NCBI GenBank assembly: GCA_003344405.1
Contig: NOWV01000283.1
Coordinates: 1-64,000 of the forward strand
DNA length: 64,000 bases
Direction of reading: 5' to 3'
DNA from: Trichoplax sp. H2
Lineage: Eukaryota
Position 1 is the first letter of the stretch, and each line of letters starts with the position of its first letter. A program made the translations under genes and the position numbers. Shown here in pieces: positions 1-13,500 of this stretch. Under the pieces are notes generated by a model. The model ran no database searches, was not told the origin of the DNA, and saw only the letters and a program-made list of their open reading frames with translations.

Positions 1-787
1 TCCAGAAGGGATAAAACTTTTAACAGAATGTATCATTCCAATTAGCTAATTGGCATAGGCTATGTAACGAGAATTTTTCTGAAAAATTATTAATTTTCTG
101 CCTTTGGATCAGTACCCTCTAAAAGCAAATTATATAACTATTATTCACAGTTGCAAAATGATTAAGACTGTCGCAACTGAAAAGAAATACGTACAATTGA
201 TATCCACTTTTACAAAGTTTATAATTGGGCTAGCATGATTCATATCCACTACCAGCTGATTGATTTATAAGGTAAATTTAATTCTTAGAACTGTAGAACT
301 GATAAATATTATTCTAAAACTTTCTCCGTTGTTTAGGATAACATCAATAGAAGGTTTTGCTAATTAATGACTGATATTTATAGTAACATATCGTCTGATA
401 AATAAGTATACAACAAATTTTATATCACTGTCTGTTAGTGCTCCAGATATTAGAAAAACGATCTGCACCATACATAATAGATGCAACTGATACGATGTGG
501 GCTTGTCAAGTACTAATTAATAATTAAATCATTGATGCATTTTTTTAATATTTTTAACAAAGGTCGGGAAAGTCGAAATTTCCGTAAATTGGCTAGCTTA
601 TTATTTTTAAAAGTAACGTCAAGACTTTGCTTCCTTATATGCAATTTTGTAGGCAGCTGATGTAGTACTCCCAGTTGAAACTATAGCTAATCTTAGTAAT
701 TACGAATTGAAGTAAAGATTTTTATTTGGTTATAATCTTATATTTAGATCACTTACAATAAAGAAATTGGCATCAGTATCCTCCAAT

Positions 788-1855
788 ATGAACTCTTTAC
801 ATGTTTACAGCCTAAGATCGACGGATCATTCTTCGCTAAATGATTCTGCTATGAATATGTCAGGGATAAATGACACGATGATCATGCATCTACCTACCGA
901 TATGTTGATTGCATTTATTACAATAACTTTATTAGCCTTTCTAGGTCTAACGATAAATACTATCCTCATTATTTTGATGAGCTACAGTAAACATACGAAA
1001 ACTGCAGCTGATGGTTTAGTTATTCATCTGGCAATCTGTGATTTATTAACAACCATACCGACCTTAATTTACTGCCCAATAATTCTTGCTTTCAATGGTA
1101 TTGGTTGGCCAATTCATATCCTGAGCAGGTTGTGTAAAGGAGTTATTTTCTGTCTAACTACCTTCTACTCGGTAAACGTAGGTACACTAACATTAATGTC
1201 CATCGAACGATATCGTGCTATCATTCATCCAATGAAACCTCGTATTTCTGGCCCAAAAATGGCTGTATTAGTAATATTTTTATGGCTATCAGTTATTATT
1301 GTTCCAGCTATTGGAATAAGTAATACTGAAGCCGATCTCCGCACCAGGTATTTATGTGTATTGCATGGTGCACATCAGCATTTTGTAGTTATCCTCAATT
1401 TTAGCTACTACGTCGTTGTAGGTTACATTATACCAGCTTGTATCATGTCATATTGCTACAAAATGATTATTAAAAAATTGAAACAAACATCTTTAGCCAA
1501 CAAGAATAATTTAAGGATTGAATCAAAACGCGAATTTCAAAAGAATCTTGCTGTTAAAATTTTAATCGCTGTCTCTATAGTCTTTATTTTAACAGGTATT
1601 CCTTTGGTTATTGGCTTAATTATTCATATTTATATGGATACTAAACTATCGCATTTGACACATAATGATCGTAATATTATTAACAGTTGCACTATACTAT
1701 TCTGGATACTCTTACAATTTGCTCCTCTATATAATCCTATGATACATTTGGCCAAGAAGAAAAATTTTTGGCATACTCTCTACAGTAAAAATAATCGCGT
1801 CTTACCAATTAGTCATAGTACGTCACCAACATCTTGTTATGGTCTAAAGATTTGA
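788..1855 (+). CDS. Rhodopsin-family (class A) GPCR, uninterrupted ORF, peptide-receptor-like orphan
   Basis: ORF 767-1855 begins at TTG; first ATG is 788. Seven hydrophobic segments. N-terminal N-glycosylation sequons (NDS, NMS, NDT), TM2 LAICD, TM3 Cys plus MSIERYRAIIHP (ERY), TM4 W, TM5 YIIP..CY, TM7 YNPMIH. Confidence 0.9.
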   Translation: MNSLHVYSLRSTDHSSLNDSAMNMSGINDTMIMHLPTDMLIAFITITLLAFLGLTINTILIILMSYSKHTKTAADGLVIHLAICDLLTTIPTLIYCPIILAFNGIGWPIHILSRLCKGVIFCLTTFYSVNVGTLTLMSIERYRAIIHPMKPRISGPKMAVLVIFLWLSVIIVPAIGISNTEADLRTRYLCVLHGAHQHFVVILNFSYYVVVGYIIPACIMSYCYKMIIKKLKQTSLANKNNLRIESKREFQKNLAVKILIAVSIVFILTGIPLVIGLIIHIYMDTKLSHLTHNDRNIINSCTILFWILLQFAPLYNPMIHLAKKKNFWHTLYSKNNRVLPISHSTSPTSCYGLKI

Positions 1856-2822
1856 TTTAATAGTAGGCTTTGTACGATAATTTATTCCTGCAATAACCAT
1901 TCATATAGCATCATTTAGTTTATTCTAAGAACTCGTATGTTAATGTCATGGAATAGCAATCTATTTAGCTAGATAAGCGTGGCCTGTTTCACGTGTATAA
2001 GTTCTAAATAATGAAATCTAGCGGGAAATAGAATGTAACGTTAGTTTATTGACTGCATGGTTGCTCTATATTGTTCTCAGTAAAGAATCTTTAGCGCTTT
2101 ACAGGTTTTTCTACTTAACATGTTACTTGAGTTTTAATATAAAATTATATTCTGTTTGTTTTGTTAAAGCAAGTATGTAGCAACACAGTCATCAATGAGA
2201 GTACGACTATAACTATCTGTTTAAAGAGATAGGAAATTATCATAACGTCTTCACTGTATGCTGAAACTTTTATGCTAATAGTAACTTATACAAAATATTA
2301 TACTGTATACTTAAATAGCTACTATGGTTGGCTTATAATGTACGCGATGAATAGTGACGATCATCTAGAGATGGCAATGCAATTATCTAATGCTGTAGTA
2401 TTTAAATTTTGTGCATTAATTTGTGATTTGATGATAGCAATATCATTTTTCCTTAAAGTCGCAATACAAGTACAGTATTGGCAGTCAATATAAATTATAC
2501 TTATAGATAATAAATGATTTTTATAACAATCATAGTTATAAAGTTAATCATTCAATTCGTTCTTGGTCTTTATCATTGTATATCGATACATATTGGTAAT
2601 AGACTCGATTAAAGAAAACTTTAAAATGTAGCCTTTGTAGGTTATAGCTATGGTGCTGTGTTGCTATTACATTATCTAGGCGCTTATAAAGAGTATATTT
2701 TGCTACACTAGTTTAAATTGCAAGATATTTGTATTTATACTATAACAATTAAGTACAAGTTCTATAAACTGTTGAGTTATTGTCAATTCCTATATATAAT
2801 GAGAATAATATTATTCTTGCAT

Positions 2823-3377
2823 TGTAGCGATGCGCCCATATTTGATTATATGGATAGCTATATTTGATATTTGATATAGTTAGGTTACTTTGAGTAGATA
2901 TCATCGTGAAGCTAATAATAGATGATTGCTAACTACTATATTAGAAATTGTTGATGACTAATAGCAGCCAGTTGACTAATTATCATACAAGATTTATGTA
3001 GCTAGAAACAGTGTAGTTGTTAAGATGCCCTTCGGAGAAAGGGCCTAGACGTTAATAGAAGAGTAATGACACCTTAAGTAGAATGATTTAGATTGTAGAA
3101 AATAATGATGAACTATTAGAGAAAAGTATTTTGTTTGATGAATCTTGACTGATTGTAGATTAATAAAGTTGTCATAGATGGATTTAACGAAATTTTTATA
3201 AGAACTGTAGAGACGAACTCACGAAGAAGAAGAGACTTCACTTCGCTTTGAGCTCGGAATACTTTAGATTTTAGACTGGATTCTTGTTGTAATTAATTAT
3301 TGCTCTACTATTCGTAATACCTTGTAATAAAAGCCCTTTTAGAAAATACCATTTGACGAAGATAGTTATTTTGAGAC
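2823..3377 (+). mobile_element. Candidate degraded solo LTR
   Basis: Starts TGTAGCGATGCGCC, similar to TGTCACGGTGCGCC at 7930. Has TATAAG near 3197 and AATAAA at 3326. Flanked by GCAT (2819-2822) and GCAT (3378-3381), but the 3' end reads GAGAC and lacks the terminal A. Confidence 0.35.
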
Positions 3378-4724
3378 GCATTTATTAAATGTTTTTTTTA
3401 TTTTTTTCTGCATAGATATAACTACGTTTGATAATACCAATTATGAACAAGTATGATATAATAGATTATTAAAATTTACTAGTGCGAATGTTATCACAGC
3501 CGGCAATAAGTTTTTTCGCCACTATTCTGTAACTGACAATTGATACAACTTTTAAAAATATTATTGAAATCATTAAATCTCCCACGTGATTAATTACGAA
3601 GTTATTACGAAATATCAGAAATTAACATATGAGAGAATTTTGCTATTTTCCTTCCAATCATAATAATTGTTACTTCTTTGTCGATATGATTATATAATAT
3701 TCTGTTCTGATTTATCTAAAAGACTGTCTATATTACTAATTGAAAGCAGCCATTGATGTAATTAAGTTGAGTATGTTTAACATAAGTTATACTTGAAGTA
3801 AGTGGCTTTATATATGGGAAACTGTATTCTTACGTGTATTTACATGGCACACTGGAGAAAGTAAAATAGATTTTATGTAATTTATGTTCATTAACAGACT
3901 GTTACGATACCTACTACCACAGGAATGGCTTGCAATAAAAGCTTAAAGTAATAAAAATTTATGATTTAGATACATAAATTACTGTCTAACCAGTTAGATC
4001 AACTAGTAAACTAATAAAATTAGACGTTTTCCATACATGAATGCTGCTATTATTACAAGATTTTGTGTAGGTTAAGAATCAAGAATTATGACATAAAAGA
4101 TATGCCAAAAAATGAATATTTAGGAATTCTATTTTAGGATCAGAAGCACATTTGCATATATGCTATTTTCTTTATGTAGGCTTCCACGAAATTAATTAAT
4201 CTTTCAAGAATTGATATAGTTTTTTTGTCATTTAATTAATATTATTAATGCAATGTATGGCAAAGTTACTACTGATTTATAACATCTATCTATTGTAGTT
4301 TCAGTATCGATCGTAAACTTTAATGATTATAAAATCTACCTCCATTAATGCAAATTATTAATAATTTTCTGTCATCTTCATCATTAATTGTACTTTATTG
4401 ACTCAATTTAAATTAATAGATATCATCGTTACATATATCATACGATTTCAAAGATTTAACTGAAAAGTAAGGAATATATCTACCTAGAGTCGTAATTCAG
4501 TTTTAAGCTTTCAGTGCTATATTGAAATCAAAATTAAATATTAAGTAATTGGCAGACGTGACGTTAGAAAAATATGCTCGAATCGAGATTATTATCTGTG
4601 CGCTATTATATGTAAATAAAGTATGTTATCATAATAAATTCGTTTTTTTATATCAAATTAGTGATTGTTTCAGATACAATTACATGAATTAATATTGAGT
4701 GAATGACTATTCAAATTCTGTTAA

Positions 4725-5103
4725 CACTCAACAATAATTTTACTTATACTGTAATATTAAAAGATAGAAGCTAGTTCTTCAATTAATTATAAACCTTTTT
4801 AAGGTATGGAATAAATGACTAGTGTGATAATGTCATCATTTTTTGTGAGATAGACTATAATAGCCTTAAGTAGATGTAGGATTTTAAATTAACGATTTCT
4901 TAAGATTAAAATCAAATAAATTAATATAGGACAAATGACTACGCTCAACAATAATTTTATTGATACCATACAAATGAAATATAGAAATTAGTTCTTCAGT
5001 TAATTATGAAGCTTTATTAAGATAGGAAGTAAATAACTAGTTTGACACAGTAACCATTATTTGTAAGACGGTTGAAATAACCTTGAATAGATGTAAGATT
5101 TTA
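4725..5103. repeat. Diverged direct repeat, two copies of about 160 bp (~4725-4886 and ~4941-5103)
   Basis: Shared blocks in the same order: CTCAACAATAATTTTA, TAGTTCTTCA.TTAATTAT, TAGATGTA.GATTTTA. Confidence 0.8.
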
Positions 5104-5860
5104 TATGCCTTTGGGCAGCATATGTAATATGGCAGTGGAATAGAAGGACAATGATCATCTCGTCGAACAGTATAAATTACAATGATTAATGAATTTCTTC
5201 TTACAATAAAAAAAGATTTTTAAATATGCATGCATATAAATAATGATGGAATATCAAGGACTAATTAAAACGGGTTTATTGTCTTTAGAGATCACTATCA
5301 AGGTAAAATAATAAATCTAAAAGTTTAGACTTTGAGGCAGTCATTCATCTTAGTATTTACATGAATACTATATAAGCAGTTAATCAAATTAATTTATGAG
5401 GAACAACAAAATGTATCAGTAAATAAAGTAGCAAAGGGAATTAAGAAATCAATATAATCCATTCACGACATGTTTTTTTTATTATAGATTTCTCCTTAAC
5501 AGATGAGAATTATTTGATTAAAATAAGTTTTAATGGAGTAGTAAAACTAGTTTATTCAAAGATGCTACGTGTATAATGTGATGTACCAAAAAATTAAAGT
5601 TGAGTTTGACAATAAAAGTAATACCTTATGCTACTGTCATTGTGTCAGAATATACCAATGCAATATAATGCTTGCATCTTGAAATAAGCTAAATTTCTGC
5701 CAAGACTGCACTAAATTAGTAATCAAGAAATGATTTAATTCCTTAGAATGGTGTGAATTAAACCAATATAATTTTATCGAGCATGATAAGCTATCCAAAT
5801 ATTTGATAAATTGCCTATAAGTTCATGAATTCATCGATCACTGAATACGTATTAGGTGGA

Positions 5861-7033
5861 TGTCATAGTGTTATCACTGTATTATCGAGATTAGAGAAGA
5901 AATATCTATACTTATATGGAAATTAATAGTTAAATTGAGGAATTGAGAATAATCTATTTTCAATTCAAATCACTATGATTGTAACTATCTTAAGATAGAT
6001 TGTAGATTATCGTAGAAATGTTCTGTGATAGGACGTATTGTAATCTGACTATTTTGTATTTGTCATTAGATGTATATGTTCTAAATACTGTTGACTTCAA
6101 TAAGTAGCAGTAGGTAAAATTAGCTTTAGATTCATTAGAAGGTTTCAACGATAATATTACTAACTAAGATGTCTGAACTATTGTAAAAGTGTCTATAAAT
6201 GCGGTATACTGTATAATAAAGTTAGCTCCTAAGATTATTGTTTAACGTAAAAATATGAGGTATCTAAGTCTTTATGTAGTCTACTAGTATAGGAACAGTG
6301 TTTCTGATAAAGCAGATACTACTCCCTGATGCCTGGTTCAGTGAATCGACTTTTTGATCGTTGTCACAAAACAGCTTTGCAACAAGATAACGTAATATAC
6401 GATCTATAAGTCAATTCCTTGAACCACGTATCAAGGAACGATATCTGCACTATCACGAACACTTTTGCTTTATTATCAGACTACACAAAGACTTAAACGC
6501 TTCGTATTTTACGTTAAACACTATGTTTGAGAATTTACTTTATTTCGCGATATACTGCATTTATATACTATTCCTCAATAGTTCATGAGTCATAGTTAAT
6601 ACAATTAACCTCAGAATCATTTACTGAATTAGATATTAATTTTAGCTACTGCTCCCTTAATGCAGACAACAGTATTTACGAACATAGACATGTGATGACT
6701 AATACAGAATAGTCAGATTACGATATGCCCTATCACGGAACATTTCCATGATAATTTACAATATACCATAAGTAAATTACAATCACAATGATTCGAACTG
6801 TAAGTAGATGATTTGCATTCCCTATTATAACTATTAATTTCAGTACGTGTATATGTGTCTCTGTCATAAAAAGTCAATGCTATATTAAAACACAGTATAT
6901 CCAAATTAGAAGTTAACTAAATAAGGATAGGCTAACAGATTTATACTAACATAGATATTTCTACTCTAATACAGTACATAACGCTGTCACAATCGCACAT
7001 TACGTTACCTTGTTGTAAAGCTGTTTTATAACA
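5861..7033 (+). mobile_element. Old solo LTR (family A), split by a nested inverted LTR
   Basis: Starts TGTCATAG and ends TATAACA. Flanks are GTGGA (5856-5860) and CTGGA (7034-7038). Segments 5861-6361 plus 6997-7033 align with 28600-29232, including the end ACATTACGTTA.CTTG.TG.AAAGCTGTTTT. Confidence 0.8.
6362..6991 (-). mobile_element. Solo LTR (family A), 630 bp, nested in inverted orientation
   Basis: Reverse complement of 28600-29232 along its whole length. TGT...ACA ends. TSD ATCGT (6357-6361) and ATCGC (6992-6996). Confidence 0.9.
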
Positions 7034-7929
7034 CTGGATAAATACGATATTTGATTCTTTTCTTAGATATTGCATACAACCCAAGTATGATTCCTATTAA
7101 AGAGAGTATATAAACTATAAACTATAAAGAGCGATATAGTTGATATACAAATTGTGGTCTCTGGCAACGATCGACGAGGTATCCTCGTATCCTTTCTGAC
7201 CCCAAAGTAGGCGTGTAAAAAACATTAAATCCTCGTAATGCAGGAATATAACAGTTCAACTTCAGTATTTAATATGATACTTGTAGGGTAGTAGCATATA
7301 CGATAAATGAATAGCCTTTGTGATACTTGAAAAGAAGAATTAGCTTGTATTTTGAAATTTGTATTTAAACAACAGTTGGATTGGTCATTCGTTCTAAGCG
7401 TAACACATCGGAGAAGAAACATCACAAGCAATGAATCTTCTGAATATACGAATAGTTTAAAAGATTAAATTTTATGCTGAATCTTTTACGAGCATACCAG
7501 TAGTCAAGAATTTTGGATCGGGTACATTTTTCTAAGAATATTGTCCTAAATTATGAATTTCACAAATGATTGGACTATTTAATATAACTAATAATAAAAA
7601 ATGTTTCAATTTCTACTGAATTTTATAGTAGAACAATATTTATGTCGCCCATTTGAATTAACTACATTTTTCTAAGAGTAACGATGGCCAAAAATTAGGA
7701 GTATCCTAAATAATTATTTTCATACTGATGTTTTCTGCACTTATTTATGTTCTTACTTGTTATCTTTATCTTTCTCTCTATAAAATGTTGAATAATCGCT
7801 TTATTTGAATATCTTAGCATCTTGTTTAAGACTCCAGAAAAATGCGTGTAGTAGAATTAAAATCAATGCAATCATTACACTCATCAACTATAATTCTTAC
7901 AATGTTGAATATTAGTCAGTTATAGGCAT

Positions 7930-9002
7930 TGTCACGGTGCGCCGTTACTAAGTAACTGTTGATTAATAAATGTTTATGAATAGATAAGATAAGGTTATGT
8001 GCTATGTTTAATGCGCTTGTAGCTGATAATTGGATGGTAGAAATGAGATAGAAATAGAAGTTGTTAACAGCTAATTTACTGTAGGTTTATAAGGTGTGTT
8101 AATCTCTAAAAATTGAGCCGCATATGGACGAAGGTTAAGCGTCTTAACACCTGATAGCTTGTAGTTATCTAAGTCTGAGAATATCGACATGTATATTTAG
8201 TAATGGTATTATACTAATTGATATAACTTGTAAAGTATGAATTCTCACTCGCTAATATTGGAATTCACTGTAGAAACGTATTTAAGCGCGTGTGTTCGTA
8301 GAATAAAGTTAGTATTGCTCAAGAAACGGCAAGACTCATATCGTGAAGAACAGTGTAATAATTAGTCAGTTGTCTATGGAGATCAGCCGAGAAATCGAGT
8401 TCTCAAATACTTCTCTCATAGAAACTGAAAGTACTGGGAGAAATTGTGATGGAGAGTTCGATATCTCAGAGGATTGAGATTTAGTCGCCATTTACAATTA
8501 TTACGACAAAGGGTTTATAAAAGTTATGCTTTATTGTAGGTTAGTAATGTGAAGTACAGCGAGGTAGTTACGGTAGATCAGCGTGCAAGCAGTCGTGAGT
8601 AACGAGTAGAAGTATTAGACTGTGAGAGACTAACTAGAAGACTAACTGAGAGGCTAATGAACTCTGAGGTAGAAATCGCCGGTACTTATAGTTTTAAAGA
8701 TGGAGCACATGCAGAGAATAGGATTGCGGAATTAGATACAACATATACCATAACAGGTTACAAAATAGCAGATGATTGTAGAAAACAGAGAGTACCGTGA
8801 TAACTAAATACAGTAGTCTATATATGAATGTAGAGTAAGCGGACTGTAGATCTGTCTAAATATAAGAGCAATACAACATGTCTATATTTAAGAGTAGAAT
8901 ATAGTTACAGAATATTCTAAATACACTACAGAAATAGCCCAAGTTTTAAGTAACTATACTAGAGTTCTTTACTTTCCTATGCCACAAGTGAGGGTTGTGA
9001 CA
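7930..9002 (+). mobile_element. Solo LTR (family B), about 580 bp after removing the nested element
   Basis: 6-bp inverted termini TGTCAC...GTGACA. Flanks GGCAT (7925-7929) and GACAT (9003-9007). TATTTAA at 8279 and AATAAA at 8302. Confidence 0.65.
8445..8930 (-). mobile_element. Solo LTR (family C), 486 bp, nested
   Basis: TGT...ACA ends with a perfect 5-bp TSD GAAAT (8440-8444 and 8931-8935). On the minus strand TATAAG (8690-8685) precedes AATAAA (8535-8530). Confidence 0.7.
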
Positions 9003-10539
9003 GACATTTATTTAATTATTTGTCAGTAGCTACTTTAGTAATTATAGTTTCACGTTGTATTAATCATGATCATACGTTTATGTATTCATTTCTTAATCGA
9101 TCGTTGCGAAATATAGAAATTAATGCATCAATCTACAAATTACCTTGCCTTTTATCGGCCAGGTTCACATGGAGATTTATTTTAATACAAGATGTATTTT
9201 TACGTTACTAAATTTCTATTTATTTATATTCATATGGCAAATTGAAATTCATTTAGATATTAATAGACATTGCATATGAGATGTGCTGTTGTTTTGCATA
9301 ACTTTAATCCGTCAGAGCTTGTTCGAAATTCATAGATATCTAGAGTGCACCGTAGCATGATGTTTGGCTAATTGATTGCTACCTGAGCTTTGATTAATTG
9401 AAGAGATGAAAAAAAGTTCACCGACTAGCTATTTCATTGAGTAATATGATTTTTAACGGAAGCTTATTCCTATTAGGTAGCCACATATTGAACCAAGTAA
9501 AAATAGAAATTGCAGTTCAGATCAGTGCATTAATTATCAAATTATAAACACTGATTCATTACTACAAATATAAAGATTCTTGATGCGAATTTATTGATTG
9601 ATTTTGCTATTGGAATTTCTTAAACAATTAATGTTGACAATTAAAGTATAGAACTATTAGCACTATTTTTTATTAATAAAGTTTTAACTTCGATTAAGTA
9701 CGATTTTAACCGAATGATATTAGGCTTAGAGAAGAAAGAAAAAAGTAAACCTTAGCGAAAAAATTTGATAATACGGCTACTAATGGCAATATTTATGGAA
9801 ATACTTGATGTAACCAATGTTTACCGCCTTCATTACGTATAAAGCATATTTAATTTCCACTTCGACAGAAATTTTTAATTACAGTAAAAGCTTTCCACGG
9901 AATAAAACAACAACTATAACTATTGAAAACTTATTTTTTATCCGTCAGGAATTTATTCAAATTATATTAAATGACATTGATTTTATCAGTTACTAAACGC
10001 CATAACAACCATTAAACTATCACCGTCAATATGTCATTGTATAGAGTATAGAGTAACTTGAATTTGTCTCGCCTATTATTTATGATTATTGACAGCTCTA
10101 GAAGCAATCAAGATTTCATTATTACTAAAAGAAATAAGATAATAACTCAATTACGTATTTCTCTGTATTCCTGTATCAGAAACAATAAGACTGCATAATC
10201 TGACAATTTTCGAATTTTTTTGTTCAGAATGAAACATTAAAAGTTAATTCTTTTCGTAATGCACCATCAGTCAATTTCCAGGAAGATATTTCACATTTTT
10301 GGACACAATATATGTCAGCTGGCCGAAGTAATTAGATAGAATTATGGGCAAAATCACCATGATTATCCACGGTAACAAGCACAGTGCGGCAATCAGCAAA
10401 CTATTTAGAGGACTACCGGAGTTTTAGTAGTATCATTAACCAAAATTATCATTTAACGTAGGCAAAGCCTCTAAATTCGAATTAAGATTTCCTAAACTTT
10501 GAAATTCCTAACTTTAATACCTGCTTTAGAAATATATTA

Positions 10540-13500
10540 ATGGTAAGATATCAGTAGATATACTATATAGTTGAAGATTTGTGATCTGCTATTCCATTGT
10601 AATAAGTTAGTAAACATTTCTTTACAGGATTTCCGAAAGATCCTTAACATAACGGAATCGAAAAATCAAGATAATGATCAAAGTTCCCTTGAAAGGATTC
10701 AACAACTGAGGAGTCTCGGCGTTAGTGCATATCGTGATGGGAATTATAAGCAAGCAAGGCTAATCTATATGCAAGCACTAGATATATCTTATAACATAAC
10801 GTACAACGATACTGAACGAGATGGTTTACAATGCGATCTTTATCTCAATATTTCTGCTACCTATCGAGAACAGCATCAGTTAACTCAAGCACGTGAAATA
10901 AGCGATCGGTCTAAGAAGATTGCTATTGAGCTAGAAGATCAAATTCGCCTGGCGTTATGTTTAGATGATCTTGGTGAAATAAGTAGAATGCAAAAATTGT
11001 ATAAGGAAGCATTTCAATGCTATGATGAATCTCTAAAATTGAAATCGGAAATATCCAATGGTGAGAATATGATGGTTGCGGATAGTTATTACGGCATAGG
11101 CAATGCCTATTTCGATCAATTCAAACTTAGCGATGCTCTATCTGTGTATAAAAAATGCCTCAATATTCGATCAAATGTTTTAAATATTGAAAATCTAGAC
11201 ATTGCTGAGGTATTACATAGTATTGCTAGTATTTATGCGGCAGAGTTTAAATTCGAAGATGCGTTATCTTTGTATCAAAAAGTTATTGATATTCGATTGA
11301 AAGAGTTGGGCGATTGTAGCTTAAAAATAGCTTGTTCTTATGACAGTGTAGGACAAGTTTACTTGAATCAATGTAAATATGATCAGGCTTTATCTATATT
11401 TGAGAAATCTCGAAATATTCGTTTGAATATACTAGGGGGTCAAAGTATGGAAATGGCACAGTCCTATTGTAACGTGGGAAACATTTATACTGCTCTATGC
11501 AGATATAATGAAGCTTTAGTAATGTATAGGAAATCGCTCAATCTTAGACTGGAATTCCTTGGTAGTACTCACGTAGAGGTGGCCAATCTTTATTGCAATA
11601 TTGGAAATGTTTTAATCCAACAGTTTGAATATCGTGAAGCCATATCTATGCATCAAAATGCACTCACAATTCGAATGCAGTTACTGAATATCAATAGTAT
11701 AGAAGTAGCTGATTCCTATAATCATATTGGAAGAATTTACTCAGAACAGTTGAAACATGAAGATGCCTTATCTTATGCTCGAAAGTCTTATGATATCAAA
11801 GCAGATATTTTAGGAAATAATAATATTTATGTGGCCCAATCTCTTTATAGCATAGGAAATATTTATTATCGCCAATCAGATTATTATAATGCTTATTTAA
11901 TGTATCGAAAATCTCTAGATATACACTTACAATTATTCGAAAAGGACCATTTATTAATTGCAACTTCATACAATAATATTGGTCATAATTTTTTGAGTCA
12001 ATTTAAGTACGAAGAGGCTATAGAAATGTTTGAAAAAGCTTTGAAGATCCGATTGCAACTATTAGGCGATAATAATCTACAAACTGCTCAATCATTTAAC
12101 TACATAGGCCTTGTTTATACCAGACAATCTAAATATAATGAAGCCTTATTAATGTTTGAAAAGTCCTTAGCTGTCAAATTAGTTACGTTAGGACGTACCC
12201 ATTTGGAAATTGCCGTTTCCTATGTCTATATAGGAAATATCTATTCATTACAATCGAGATATGAAGGTGCCTTAGCCATGTATCAGAAGTCTTTAAATAT
12301 CAGAACTGAATTATTAGGGAATAATAATTTGTTGGTGGCTGCATCTTATAATAGCATTGGAATCATATTTTCTCATCAGAATAAATACGACGATGCTCTC
12401 ATAATGCATAGGCAATCGTTAAAGATTAGATCGGAAATTTTAGGTAGTACAAACTCGAAAGTAGCGGAATCGTTAAATGATATTGGACTTATTTACTGCT
12501 ATCAATCTAAATATGAAGATGCTTTATCAGCATATCAGAAAGCTTTAAAAATTCAATTAGAGGTATTACCTCAGGATAGCTTAGAAATAGCTACTACTTA
12601 TAATCATATAGCAACGATCAACAATTTACAATCTAAGCATGAAAATGCACTTTTGATGTATGAAAAGTCTCTATACATTCGAGTAAAACTATTAGGAGAA
12701 AATAGTTTACAAGCAGCGGAATCATATGGCGATATTGGTAATGTTTACACAAATCAGTCTAAATTTAATGAGGCCCTATCTATGTTCGAAAAATCGCTAG
12801 AAATCCGTTTGAAAATATTACCACGAGATCATTTAGACATTGCGATGTCTTATGCCAACATTGGAGTTATCTTTTCTCATCAATCAAAATATAACGAAGC
12901 CTCTGCTATGTATCAGAAATCTTTAGATATTCGACTAAAAGTATTAGGCGATACTAACATCCATACAGCTTCTTCTTATGGAGATATTGCATTAATACAT
13001 TGCTATCGATCACAATATGATAAAGCTCTAGCGACGTATCAGAAATCATTGGATATTTTAAAGAAAGTATTAGGCAATTATAATATCCATGTTGCTAATT
13101 CCCATCATAATATCGGTAATGTATATAAAAAGCAGCATAAGTATCAAGATGCACTGAGTAACTATAATGAATCACTTACCATTCGTAAAAAGATATTAGG
13201 TGATAATCATGTGGATATTGTTGGCTCCTATACAAATATAGGGGATGTTTATTCGTTACAAGCGGATTACGACGAAGCTTTAACAATGTATAATAAAGCA
13301 TTAACGATACAATTAGCTGTACTTGGAAGTGAAAATCTAGAAGTTGCAGTTTCATTCGAAAACATCGGCGATGTTTTCTATCACCAGCACAGATATGCAG
13401 ATGCATTGATAATGAGTAAAAAATGCTTAGCTGCTCGATTAAGCATTTTCGGCGAGAATAATTTAGAAGTTGCAGATTGCTATAATAATATAGGCAAAAT

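Noticed and set aside
2272..2493. Short intergenic ORFs of 60-90 aa (2272, 6713, 7225, 9020, 16276, 17057-17518, 27690, 30626, 40871, 53598-54036, 55365, 55998, 60417)
   Set aside because: Low-complexity AT-driven composition, often non-ATG starts, no domains; one lies inside an LTR.
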